The translations under genes were made by a program, and so were the position numbers. The notes beneath the pieces are model-generated. The model was not told the origin of the DNA and searched no databases. It saw nothing but the letters and a program-made list of their open reading frames with translations. Shown here piece after piece: positions 20,644-29,458 of a stretch of DNA of 64,000 nt. Source of the stretch: Rhodothermales bacterium (GTDB lineage: Bacteria > Bacteroidota > Rhodothermia > Rhodothermales > Bin80); assembly GCA_965220365.1 (NCBI GenBank), contig OZ244823.1, positions 2,725,125-2,789,124 of the forward strand, in the 5' to 3' direction. How positions within the stretch are numbered: the stretch's first letter is position 1; each line of letters opens with the position of its first letter.

Positions 20644-21191
20644 CCGAATGATTGCGTTGATGAGACGCTCACAGATTGCCCATTGGAGAGTTGTTCAATG
20701 GCATCTTGAAACCAGGCATCCTGTACTTCCTGTGCATCGGCAGGCGAATCATCAATCCCACCTGTATAGACGAGTGCTTTTTCGCGATCAAAAACAAAAA
20801 CATGCGGAGTCCTCTCCGCACCCAAAGTCTGAGCTAAACGCCCCCCCGGATCACGAACATATGCCACATCGTACTGCTTTCCAGTCTCAGCCTCTTTCGG
20901 GAAAACCGTGGCATCATTGCTATTCACTAAAATTACCGGAATACTTGCCGTGTTTAGGGCCTCAACGCGGGATTCATACTGATCCGTCCAGTTACAGTCA
21001 TTGCTCCAAAACACAAAAGCAGCACCCTGGTCTCCAAAAAGCGTGTGTGTTGAAGTGTCGCCGCCGCGCATATTTTGAAGTCCTATATCCGGCACTATAC
21101 CACCAACTGATACCTGTGCTGCAACCACACTAGGCAGTAGACATACAGTGAGGAGAATTAGTCGGTACATGATTCTATCGTTGTGGTTCAT
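20622..21191 (-). CDS. secreted thioredoxin-fold (redoxin/AhpC-TSA-like) protein
   Basis: 189 aa with signal peptide. Redoxin-like layout (AAFVFWSNDCNWT... ERTPHVFVFD). Only one Cys sits in the CxxC position. Confidence 0.5.
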   Translation of the reverse strand: MNHNDRIMYRLILLTVCLLPSVVAAQVSVGGIVPDIGLQNMRGGDTSTHTLFGDQGAAFVFWSNDCNWTDQYESRVEALNTASIPVILVNSNDATVFPKEAETGKQYDVAYVRDPGGRLAQTLGAERTPHVFVFDREKALVYTGGIDDSPADAQEVQDAWFQDAIEQLSNGQSVSVSSTQSFGCRIKLP

Positions 21192-21209
21192 TGTCTATTT
21201 AAGCAGATA

Positions 21210-22721
21210 TCATGCCAAATCATTCGTTGACCGAATTCGCTTTGCCATAGAACGATTCAGGATCAGCAATATCGTGATCACGGCTCCCCATTGCAGAATG
21301 CACGTCATCAGACTAAACGGATCCGTTGGATTATACCAGGTATCTGGAGCATAAACCGTTACGGACAACCATAACCACCAGCCTAATAACACGCACGCCA
21401 AGAGTGGTACAGCATAGTTCAGCAGAATATCCCATGGCCTACCGGCATTCCAATCTCCCGCTATGTTATCAATTTCTTTCTCACGGAATGATCGGACTCC
21501 CTGTCGGATCACTAGGATAGCCATGAAAGCTCCCGAAATGATGAGTGCTAATCCCCAGACAAAATCCTGATTTTCAAAAAAGCCAAGATTGATTGCAGAT
21601 GGAATCCCTAAGACCAGAGATACAATGGAGACTCCGACAATTGCATGCGACCGGTTAACACCAAAATCCGTTACGGAGCGCACAACCATTTCGATCATGG
21701 AAATCAATGAACTAATTGCTGCACAAGACAGGCCTAGGAAAAACAGAACTGCCAGAATGCTTCCAGCTGGCATTTTTGCAAACAACTGCGGCATCCAGAT
21801 GAAGGTAAGCCCAGTGGCAGCAGGGCCACTGGTACGCATGACTTCAAGTACCTCTGGACGGGACATCTCCTGTCCGAGAATTGCAAACACAGTCCCAAAC
21901 ACGATGATTGCAGCAAAGATAGAAACTGTATTGTTTCCGACACCGGTGATAAATGCATTCTGAACAGCCCCATGCCTGCTCTGCATGTAGGCCCCATAAG
22001 TGAGTACCAACCCCCACCCCGCCCCTGTATCCCAAGCATTCTGCGTCAGGGCTTCAAGCCATACCTTGGGTTGCATCAGTGTAGACCAGTCCGGGGTAAA
22101 CAAAAATTGGATACCTTCCCCCGCACCATTTAGAAAGAAGGTTCTCACCAGTGCAATCAATACAATCACCAAGAGTGTTGGGACCAGGATTTTATTCACA
22201 CGCTCAATTCGTCCAACACCTTTCCATACTGCCCAAGCTCCCACTCCAATTACAAGCACATGAAAAAGTATCGGAAAATAACTGTTCTGGAAGCCATCCC
22301 AGGCGCCCTGTGCAGCCTCATACGTGAGATCCGGCCCGAGGAAAACCATTCGCCCGAGATAATAGACGCACCACCCGGCTACGACTGTGTAATAGAATAA
22401 AATGGCTGCCGCAACAAAAACACAGAAGGCACCCATCCAACTAAAACGATCACCCGCAAGCTTGGTGAACGTCCCAACCACTCCCAGTCGCCCTTTTCGT
22501 CCCAGTGCATACTCTGCAATGATGAGGGGGACGCTCCATATGAACAGGAAAACGAGCCACGCTACAAGAAATGCCCCTGCACCGTCATCTCCACTGTTGG
22601 TAGCCGCGATTCGGGGGAATCTCCAAATATTTCCCGTCCCAACCGCCATACCTAGAACGGTTAAAAGCATCCCCCAACGGGATGTAAAGCGTTGTGTGCT
22701 ATTGTCCATAGTTTGTGTCAA
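21210..22721 (-). CDS. sodium-dependent transporter, NSS (SNF) family
   Basis: 503 aa with about 11-12 TM segments. Hallmark AVGTGNIWRFP motif near the N-terminus. Confidence 0.85.
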   Translation of the reverse strand: MTQTMDNSTQRFTSRWGMLLTVLGMAVGTGNIWRFPRIAATNSGDDGAGAFLVAWLVFLFIWSVPLIIAEYALGRKGRLGVVGTFTKLAGDRFSWMGAFCVFVAAAILFYYTVVAGWCVYYLGRMVFLGPDLTYEAAQGAWDGFQNSYFPILFHVLVIGVGAWAVWKGVGRIERVNKILVPTLLVIVLIALVRTFFLNGAGEGIQFLFTPDWSTLMQPKVWLEALTQNAWDTGAGWGLVLTYGAYMQSRHGAVQNAFITGVGNNTVSIFAAIIVFGTVFAILGQEMSRPEVLEVMRTSGPAATGLTFIWMPQLFAKMPAGSILAVLFFLGLSCAAISSLISMIEMVVRSVTDFGVNRSHAIVGVSIVSLVLGIPSAINLGFFENQDFVWGLALIISGAFMAILVIRQGVRSFREKEIDNIAGDWNAGRPWDILLNYAVPLLACVLLGWWLWLSVTVYAPDTWYNPTDPFSLMTCILQWGAVITILLILNRSMAKRIRSTNDLA

Positions 22722-23151
22722 TCAATTTATCCTGCAGTTCGGCGAATGATGGTCTCGGAAGATCCAGCAAAATACTAAAAATCATGACAGTCACTAAAGA
22801 ATCAGCGGATCAGTGTGTGAGTGATCAATGGGAACTGGGACCAATCTTTAACAGCCTGAGCGGCTAGGATAAATCTTCAACGAAAGTCCTTGCACACGTT
22901 ATCCACCCTGTACACTGATTTAATTGGGCTCTGGTACGATAATCCGCCTGAGAAGATAAGTTCTGGAGAATTCAAGGAGAGCAATGTACTTGAAGTTTGG
23001 ACCCAGTAATAAAATATAGAAGACACTGCCCAAGCAAGATGCAAAATCCTTTTGGATGCTCGGATAGCATCTTTATGGGATGGATCTACCTTTTCAGGGA
23101 ATATTTCTGACGATTAGCCGGAGTAACCCGAACAGTTTGATGATGCTGGAA

Positions 23152-23233
23152 CTGACAATCTGCCGAAGCACTTTCTGACAATCTGCCGAAGCATTTTCTG
23201 ACAATCTGCCGAAGCATTTTCTAATAATCTGCC
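23152..23233. repeat. tandem direct repeat, 3 full 23-bp units plus a 13-bp partial
   Basis: CTGACAATCTGCCGAAGCA(C/T)TTT occurs at 23152-23174, 23175-23197 and 23198-23220. A degenerate partial CTAATAATCTGCC follows at 23221-23233. The array ends 5 nt before the ATG at 23239. Confidence 0.95.
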
Positions 23234-23238
23234 TATCA

Positions 23239-24498
23239 ATGGATAAACAAGAGATCGTTCCCCGACAGTTAAGATTCCTCCTCACCGAATCAATTGGGGA
23301 TTCGCCAGTGACTCTGATTCACGGGCCGCGTCAGTGCGGAAAAACGACCTTGGCGAAAAATGTGGGTGTGCCGCTTGGTTATTCCTACTTTACCTTTGAC
23401 AACACGGATACTAGAATGGCTGCTCAGAACGATCCAATGGGATTTATCGGGGATTGTCCAGAGCAAGCCATACTTGATGAAGCTCAACGTGTACCGGAAT
23501 TATTCCGCATTCTAAAGCTTTCCGTAGACCGCCACAGAAAACCCGGGCGGTTCATATTAACAGGTTCAACAAATGCACTCCTTGCACCGGAATTGACTGA
23601 TGCACTTGTCGGTCGTATAGAAATCATGCGCCTTCATCCCCTGTCGCAACAAGAAATTGAACAGACTCAGTCAGCCTCTTTCTTGAAACGACTATTTGCA
23701 GGTGACTTTCAAACATGCCAGAAAAAGCGCCTAGCAAATAATCTTATTGACCGAATCGTTGCCGGTGGTTATCCTGCGGCTCTCGCCCGCCTACCTGGTC
23801 GCAGACGTTCTTCTTGGTACCGCAATTATGTCACCAACATCATTCAGAAAGATGTCCTAGATCTGGCTAAAATTCGTTCTCTTGAAACCATTCCCAAGTT
23901 GCTCACCGCCGCCGCCAATTTGTCTGGACAACTCTTCAATGTGTCGACACTGGCATCAAAGCTACAAATGAATCGCAACACAATTCGAGATTACTCAACA
24001 TTATTGGAATACCAATTTCTGATTGAACGCCTTCCGCCATGGCACAGCAATCGGATGAAAAGGCCGATCAAGACGCCCAAAATTCATGTTGGAGATACTG
24101 GGTTGGCGTGTGCGCTGTTGAGAGTAGATGCCAATTTCCTATTGAAGAACCGCGACCTGCTTGGACAACTTGTCGAATCGTTTGTCTTTCAGGAATTGAA
24201 GCGACAGGCCAGTTCGTCAGGCGAACCCTACATATTCCACCATTTTCGTGACCGAGATGGAGTTGAGGTGGACATGGTCATTGAGCGCGGTGCTTTTGAA
24301 TTGGCCGGTATCGAAGTCAAAGCTGCCTCCACAGTATTCAATTCTGATTTCAAAGGACTACGCAAAATCAAGGCCGCCTACCCCGACAAATTCACGTTCG
24401 GTGCAGTTCTGTACGATGGAGAAATTTGTGCGAGTTTCGGGGATGGAATGTACGTCGTCCCAATTCGTATGCTCTGGGAAAGCGACTCAGCCCAATGA
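23239..24498 (+). CDS. AAA+ ATPase with C-terminal DUF4143-type domain
   Basis: 419 aa. Walker A GPRQCGKTTLAK, Walker B-like ILDEAQR. The C-terminal half has the pattern typical of AAA_14/DUF4143 proteins (...GQLVESFVFQEL...). Confidence 0.75.
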   Translation: MDKQEIVPRQLRFLLTESIGDSPVTLIHGPRQCGKTTLAKNVGVPLGYSYFTFDNTDTRMAAQNDPMGFIGDCPEQAILDEAQRVPELFRILKLSVDRHRKPGRFILTGSTNALLAPELTDALVGRIEIMRLHPLSQQEIEQTQSASFLKRLFAGDFQTCQKKRLANNLIDRIVAGGYPAALARLPGRRRSSWYRNYVTNIIQKDVLDLAKIRSLETIPKLLTAAANLSGQLFNVSTLASKLQMNRNTIRDYSTLLEYQFLIERLPPWHSNRMKRPIKTPKIHVGDTGLACALLRVDANFLLKNRDLLGQLVESFVFQELKRQASSSGEPYIFHHFRDRDGVEVDMVIERGAFELAGIEVKAASTVFNSDFKGLRKIKAAYPDKFTFGAVLYDGEICASFGDGMYVVPIRMLWESDSAQ

Positions 24499-24792
24499 GA
24501 CGCCCAGACCTAAAAGATCCAGAGAATAATCAAGTATAGGGAAATAGCTGGTGATGCATAGGGTGGTTCAGGTTTCTGCATTAAACATCTCGGAGGCATC
24601 GCAAGTAGGTCATACCTACCAAAAATCTCAAGGACACGCTGATATTCGTTGATCGTGGACAGTAAATCGCATCCGTCCAGAATGAGCCACTCTACCTCGT
24701 TACGCACACTTCCCACTGTGAAGCTTTCAGGTGTTATCTGTAAAAAAGAACGTGTCTCCAGACATTATGGCTTTGGATCCCGGTAACTGGGT

Positions 24793-27207
24793 TCACTGCT
24801 CCTCTAGCGTAAGAATGGATGAAACAGATTCTAAGTCATCGGATTTCCGAGGCTTATGTAGCGGATAGTGGTTGTAATCCAAATAATCCTGTATCTGAAG
24901 GTCATAGTACCGGCTGAGCGGATTGCCGCTCTGCCCTCCAGCATATATCCCAATCCCCTCTGGGGGATTCGAACTAAAATCTACGACTACGCGCCAACTT
25001 GCACTATGCGTGACTTCCAGTCCATCCCCTGGACCTAATGTTTCGTCATAACCTGGATAAGCGTACGGTCCGCGCCAGAGCATATCCAGTGCTGGTGTTT
25101 GTGTCAGATGTCGAAAAATTATGTGATGATGTGAGGTCCATCTCCAATCATCTCCATACTGACTCAGCAGTGCACTTGACACTTCCTCCAATGCCGCAGC
25201 CATAAGTGCTTCTGCATCCTCAATTGTTGGAGTCTCCTGAATATCAAGCCACTTAGATCCACGATTCAATAGTGCTAACAGGACGGTTTCGCTTGGCACT
25301 GGAAGATCCACAAACACGGGCTCGTCCCATGTGAGACGTTTCAAAGCAATCAAATACTCATGTAGGGCGAGTGGTCCGGTCGTTTCGCCTTCTGCGAAGC
25401 CATCCCACTCAGTCAATGCACTGCGGACTGCTTCGGCCTGAGGCGAGAGTGAGTGCACGGAATTAAGCAGCGGCACAAATGCATTATACTGACCGACATA
25501 AAAATCTGCCTGATAATTTTTAATGTCTTCAATGCTGTGCTGCTTTTTGCCAGAAAGCAGTGTATCAATGCGTAACGAACGGTATGCAGCCTGCCAATCA
25601 TGATTCAGGTAGTAGGGATAATCTGCCGTCGTCGGCTGCTGATTGGTTGATGTAAGATACCCACGGGTGGGATTCACGGCGCTGGGCATCTCCTCAAAGG
25701 GAATGTTACCAACCCATTCTGTGGTGCTGGTGCTTCCATCCAGAAACCCGATCCCATGACCGGAGCCGCGAAGCGGCGCAATGCCAGCCACCCGGATCCC
25801 AATCGTCCCCTCGGTATCTGCATAGAGTATGTTCTGGGCCGGTGAATGCCAATTATGTAATGCACTATCCAATTGAGCTGCATCTTCAGCTCGGTTCATC
25901 TCCCAGAGGGTAGTCATCATATAATTTTTTTCGTGTGCCACCCACTTGATGGCAACTGCAGCACTTGAATCCCTCACGACCGGCCCTAGATGAGATAATA
26001 CTAAAGTATCAATGATGGCCTGTTCACCTTTCACATGAATTGTATCCGGGAGCATTTGCAAAGGCACCCAGCCTCCATCAAATTCATAACTGCGTTCATC
26101 TTCGCTTAGCCGGAGTAAATAATGATCAATTCCATCTAGTCCTGAATTCGTATAAGTCCAGGAAACATGATCATTGAATGCTTCAATGAGTAGTGGCGTA
26201 CCTGGAGAGAGTACGCCGTATGTATTCATGGAAGGGGTGACCAAGTGCGCCTCATACCAGATAGACGGCAGCGTCAGGGCTAGATGTATATCTCCAGCCA
26301 GTATCGGTGAACCCGTAGCAGACCGATCTCCCATCACTGCCCAATTGTTTGATCCCTTAGAAGGTCGGTACCCCTCAATTCCATGATCTCTTAATGTCTT
26401 CTGCATACGCTTTAACAGTGCCAACGCATCTGACGAGACCATTGAAGCATTCCCTAGCTCAGAGAGAGATTTCTTTGAAGCTGTCGCCTCTGAGGGAATG
26501 ATTGGCTTGTAACGTGTGGCGTGACGCGGATATAGCTCAGCATAGTCTTCAGGACTCATACGAGCCTGCGCCAGACCGTAGGCCATTTCATCTGATCCAA
26601 ATGACAAGTCAAAATTGAAGTACTGCATCAGGAGGATTGAATTCAGTGGCGTATGCTTCTCGGGAGCGTACCCAAATAATTTGAATTCGAATGGCCACTC
26701 TGTGTCAGAAAGACTATTGATGTAGGCATTGACCCCCTCAGAAAACCATGTCATCAAGTCATAGTCAAGGCTTTTCTCCCGAGCATGTGCTTGGGTGATT
26801 TGCTTCGCTGCCCAATTCATTCCAGTTGCCCGTAAGTATTTATCCGCCTCTACTGAGCTTGGACCGAAAACTTCTGACATTCGGCCTGCTGCAACACGAC
26901 TGATAAAATCCATCTGAAAGAGTCGATCCTGTGCAGTAACATATCCCAGAGCAACAATGGCATCTCTATCGCTGGTGGCAAAAATATGAGGAACCCCACG
27001 CTCATCCCGCTCAATCGTCACGCTAGCAGTCAATGCAGATACAGTTTCTACTTCCCTTGAATCATGCTCGGCTATACGCGCATTATGATAGAGCCCACGT
27101 ACGGGATCAATCAGATTTCCCAGCGGTGCGATCCCACCCGGACCATAATGCAATCCCCAAAGCAAGCCGGCGGCTGTGACCAAGTGCAACGCAAATCTGA
27201 ACATCAC
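24793..27207 (-). CDS. penicillin acylase family Ntn-hydrolase (penicillin amidase / acyl-homoserine-lactone acylase-like), secreted
   Basis: 804 aa with signal-like N-terminus. The beta-subunit nucleophile motif KGSNNWAV is present. The start (GTG 27207 or ATG 27204) overlaps the stop of the upstream parA-like gene. Confidence 0.8.
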   Translation of the reverse strand: MMFRFALHLVTAAGLLWGLHYGPGGIAPLGNLIDPVRGLYHNARIAEHDSREVETVSALTASVTIERDERGVPHIFATSDRDAIVALGYVTAQDRLFQMDFISRVAAGRMSEVFGPSSVEADKYLRATGMNWAAKQITQAHAREKSLDYDLMTWFSEGVNAYINSLSDTEWPFEFKLFGYAPEKHTPLNSILLMQYFNFDLSFGSDEMAYGLAQARMSPEDYAELYPRHATRYKPIIPSEATASKKSLSELGNASMVSSDALALLKRMQKTLRDHGIEGYRPSKGSNNWAVMGDRSATGSPILAGDIHLALTLPSIWYEAHLVTPSMNTYGVLSPGTPLLIEAFNDHVSWTYTNSGLDGIDHYLLRLSEDERSYEFDGGWVPLQMLPDTIHVKGEQAIIDTLVLSHLGPVVRDSSAAVAIKWVAHEKNYMMTTLWEMNRAEDAAQLDSALHNWHSPAQNILYADTEGTIGIRVAGIAPLRGSGHGIGFLDGSTSTTEWVGNIPFEEMPSAVNPTRGYLTSTNQQPTTADYPYYLNHDWQAAYRSLRIDTLLSGKKQHSIEDIKNYQADFYVGQYNAFVPLLNSVHSLSPQAEAVRSALTEWDGFAEGETTGPLALHEYLIALKRLTWDEPVFVDLPVPSETVLLALLNRGSKWLDIQETPTIEDAEALMAAALEEVSSALLSQYGDDWRWTSHHHIIFRHLTQTPALDMLWRGPYAYPGYDETLGPGDGLEVTHSASWRVVVDFSSNPPEGIGIYAGGQSGNPLSRYYDLQIQDYLDYNHYPLHKPRKSDDLESVSSILTLEEQ

Positions 27208-27986
27208 CCCACCTCATCCTCTACTTTTGCAGGGGGTAACACATGTCTAACCAACTCATCTACAACGGCCGCGTAGTCTTTGGCACCACGAGAATTCAGG
27301 CTCCTCTCAAATACAGTGGTCCCATCCCTGCATACCGCAGCAAGTGAGGCACATGTACGAATGACCGTATCCATCACCAGGCTCTCGTATGTCTTGCGCA
27401 TATACTGGCTGTACTGATGATGCGTTTTCTTACGCCTGTCCACATTTGTCAGAAGAAACATCGCCGTCTTTAGACCAGGATTCCATTTTTTCCGTACTTC
27501 TTTTGCAGTACTCCAAGTCTGCTCAGCTCCGTATACAGATTGCACTTCAGGGACTACGGGGATCATCAATGTGTCCGCAGCAATCATGGCATTTAGTGCA
27601 TACACTGAAACTGCAGCTGCCGTATCTATGATGATCGTATCATAGATACTCTGATCCCGGAGTGCCTCCTTGACCCAGAACATATCCGTGGCACTGGTTA
27701 GTTTACTTGAAAAATGGTTCATTCCTCCAGTGCACGGAAGTAGATCAAATGGAGGTAGTTGCATTACTTCCAAATCAGACAAGCTGCTATCAAGATGAAA
27801 CAAATCCAGTGATGTACTGGCAGTATCGGACGGCCATATATCCATCATGCGCGTCAGAAAAGCCTGTGGGTCCAGATCTACGATCATAGTCTTGTATCCC
27901 ATCAAGTGTAACGCGGCTGCAATATGTATAGATGTTGTAGTTTTTCCGGTGCCACCTTTATGATTACAAACCGTAATGATCGACAT
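27204..27986 (-). CDS. ParA/Soj-family (MinD-like) ATPase, small type without N-terminal HTH
   Basis: Deviant Walker A at the N-terminus, MSIITVCNHKGGTGKTTT, then MIVDLDPQ. The ORF is open to 28028, but the Met at 27986 puts the P-loop at the family-typical position. No parB-like gene is adjacent. Confidence 0.8.
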   Translation of the reverse strand: MSIITVCNHKGGTGKTTTSIHIAAALHLMGYKTMIVDLDPQAFLTRMMDIWPSDTASTSLDLFHLDSSLSDLEVMQLPPFDLLPCTGGMNHFSSKLTSATDMFWVKEALRDQSIYDTIIIDTAAAVSVYALNAMIAADTLMIPVVPEVQSVYGAEQTWSTAKEVRKKWNPGLKTAMFLLTNVDRRKKTHHQYSQYMRKTYESLVMDTVIRTCASLAAVCRDGTTVFERSLNSRGAKDYAAVVDELVRHVLPPAKVEDEVG

Positions 27987-27994
27987 TGTATTAT

Positions 27995-28017
27995 GGAAAT
28001 TATATACCTGTGTACCC
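27995..28017. repeat. inverted-repeat copy at the 3' end of tnpB
   Basis: The reverse complement reads GGGTACACAGGTATATAATTTCC. 21 of 23 positions match 29383-29405 read on the plus strand. It overlaps the last tnpB codons and the stop. Confidence 0.9.
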
Positions 28018-29283
28018 AAGGCACTCAAGTTCTTTTTGCTCTGTCAACGCCCGTTGCCTGGTTGCAGGCTTGCGCTCCACAACAACAGGTCTTACATAGG
28101 CTCTGGAGCCATTCGACTCTCGCCAGAACGCCATCCCCGACGCCCATATATTCAATGCAGCATTTGCATCTGCATTGATAAGGTATTCACACATCAGGCA
28201 TCGAAACACAGACTGCGATCCCCGATTCCCTGCATCTACATATCCACACTGACTGCATGTCTGGAATGTATAGGCGGGGTTTACCTTCTGCACCACGCCA
28301 CGCTCGGCAAGATAGGATTCGAGCTGTCCCCATCCTGTTGATAAGATGGCTCGGTTCAACCCTGCTTTCTGCTTCACCTTTTTGCCCGGCTTCACTACCG
28401 TCCCCTTTGCACTTGCCGTCATGCCTTTGATTTTCAGGTCTTCCAGAAAGACAAGGGATGAAGAGTTGGTGATTGCCAAAGCAATGTGTCGCAGATCATT
28501 CTTGCGAAGGTTGGCGATTTTTCGCTGATGTCGTGTAATGGTCTTCTTTGTTTTCCTCCAAGAATTACTTTCCTTCTGTTTCTTCGCCAGTCGCGTTTGC
28601 AGCTTCCGAATCCGCTGTTCTATCCGCTCTACATCCATCAGGTAATGAATCTGTCCGGTACTGTCTGTAATCTGTCCACAGTTACGGTCAACGCCAATGC
28701 CTTGGCTGTCAACATTATATTCAACAGCATCCACTTTATAGGTAACCGTGAGATACCAGCTGCCATGCTCTTCAAAGATTCGCGCTGATTTGGAAACGGG
28801 ATTGGAATAGCGTCCGGTGCGATGATGCCCGATCATCTTCGCATACAACCCCCGTTTCAACCGGAAATAGCCATTCTCGATGAACTGCGGTCCACCCGAT
28901 ACATCCACCGCAAAGCTCTTCGTTGCCTTGCCCTTCTTTTTGAATCGGAGGAAGCTACGCTGTCTCTTGAAAAACTGCTTGTAAGCATCCGATAGATCCT
29001 TCAATCCTGTTCGCGTGCATCTTACGGGATACTCGGAGAGCCAGGGGGCTACAGCGTCCTTGTGTTCTTTACACCACTTGTGAAGATCAAACTGCGTGGT
29101 CTTTGCCTTGCCGGTGTCTACATAATCGTTCTTGGCTTTTGCCAGTGCAGCATTCCAGAGATATCGATTTGCTCCCGCCAATCCATTCAGGAAACCGTAT
29201 ATCTTCGTGGTACCCCACAAACGAAAGTGGATGTTCACATAGGAACGATTTCCTGATTCTTTCTTTGAATTCCTCACGGGCAT
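28000..29283 (-). CDS. tnpB: TnpB (IS200/IS605-family OrfB, RNA-guided RuvC nuclease), catalytic residues intact
   Basis: RuvC-I D in QGIGVDRN, RuvC-II E in LVFLEDLKIKGM, and RuvC-III D in INADANAALNI. Zn finger CSQCG...FRCLMC. The N-terminal region YVNIHFRLWGT...GANRYLWNAAL matches the usual Y.FRL.P...R.vWN start. The ORF is open to 29349; Met at 29283 (MPVRNSKK) is the more family-like start. Confidence 0.9.
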   Translation of the reverse strand: MPVRNSKKESGNRSYVNIHFRLWGTTKIYGFLNGLAGANRYLWNAALAKAKNDYVDTGKAKTTQFDLHKWCKEHKDAVAPWLSEYPVRCTRTGLKDLSDAYKQFFKRQRSFLRFKKKGKATKSFAVDVSGGPQFIENGYFRLKRGLYAKMIGHHRTGRYSNPVSKSARIFEEHGSWYLTVTYKVDAVEYNVDSQGIGVDRNCGQITDSTGQIHYLMDVERIEQRIRKLQTRLAKKQKESNSWRKTKKTITRHQRKIANLRKNDLRHIALAITNSSSLVFLEDLKIKGMTASAKGTVVKPGKKVKQKAGLNRAILSTGWGQLESYLAERGVVQKVNPAYTFQTCSQCGYVDAGNRGSQSVFRCLMCEYLINADANAALNIWASGMAFWRESNGSRAYVRPVVVERKPATRQRALTEQKELECLGYTGI

Positions 29284-29382
29284 GTCATCACGGAAGAGGA
29301 TGTTATGGTAGCAATAGGATGGGATGGCATTCCGTCCTATGATATCCATATACCTAATAAATCATGCAAAGTTCCTTGTCAT

Positions 29383-29405
29383 GGGTACACAGGTATGTAA
29401 TTCCC
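29383..29405. repeat. inverted-repeat copy upstream of tnpB
   Basis: GGGTACACAGGTATGTAATTCCC on the plus strand. It is the partner of 27995-28017. Confidence 0.9.
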
Positions 29406-29458
29406 AATGTGGTTTCGCGCATGTGAAAAAGCTCAGACCGGAGACTTAAGTTCATTTC

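Larger units (their letters stand above)
27995..29405 (-). mobile_element. solo-tnpB insertion unit (IS1341-like, no tnpA) delimited by the 23-nt inverted repeat; true termini unverified
   Basis: tnpB has no tyrosine or serine transposase gene beside it. The 1411-bp span is bracketed by the 21/23 inverted repeat and is wedged between maf and a parA-acylase pair. Confidence 0.5.

Noticed and set aside
23152-23233. Possible CRISPR array, because of regularly spaced repeats.
   Set aside because: The units are directly abutting 23-mers with no spacers. No cas genes are nearby.
23094-23285. The 63-aa minus-strand ORF across the tandem repeat.
   Set aside because: The reading frame is generated by the repeat itself, overlaps the ATPase start, and has no protein-like features.
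24510-24716. The 68-aa minus ORF downstream of the AAA ATPase, considered as a possible toxin/antitoxin fragment.
   Set aside because: It has a non-ATG start, a hydrophobic nonsense-like C-terminus, no partner gene and no recognisable family.
27987-28028. The longer parA ORF start at 28028, overlapping the tnpB 3' end.
   Set aside because: The Met at 27986 places KGGTGKTT at the canonical distance from the N-terminus. The extra 14 aa overlap tnpB and the inverted repeat.
28000-29349. TnpB as a nuclease-dead TldR-like RNA-guided repressor of the adjacent parA operon.
   Set aside because: All three RuvC catalytic residues (GVDRN, FLEDL, NADANAALNI) and the Zn-finger cysteines are present. This argues against the dead-nuclease class, although a regulatory role is not excluded.
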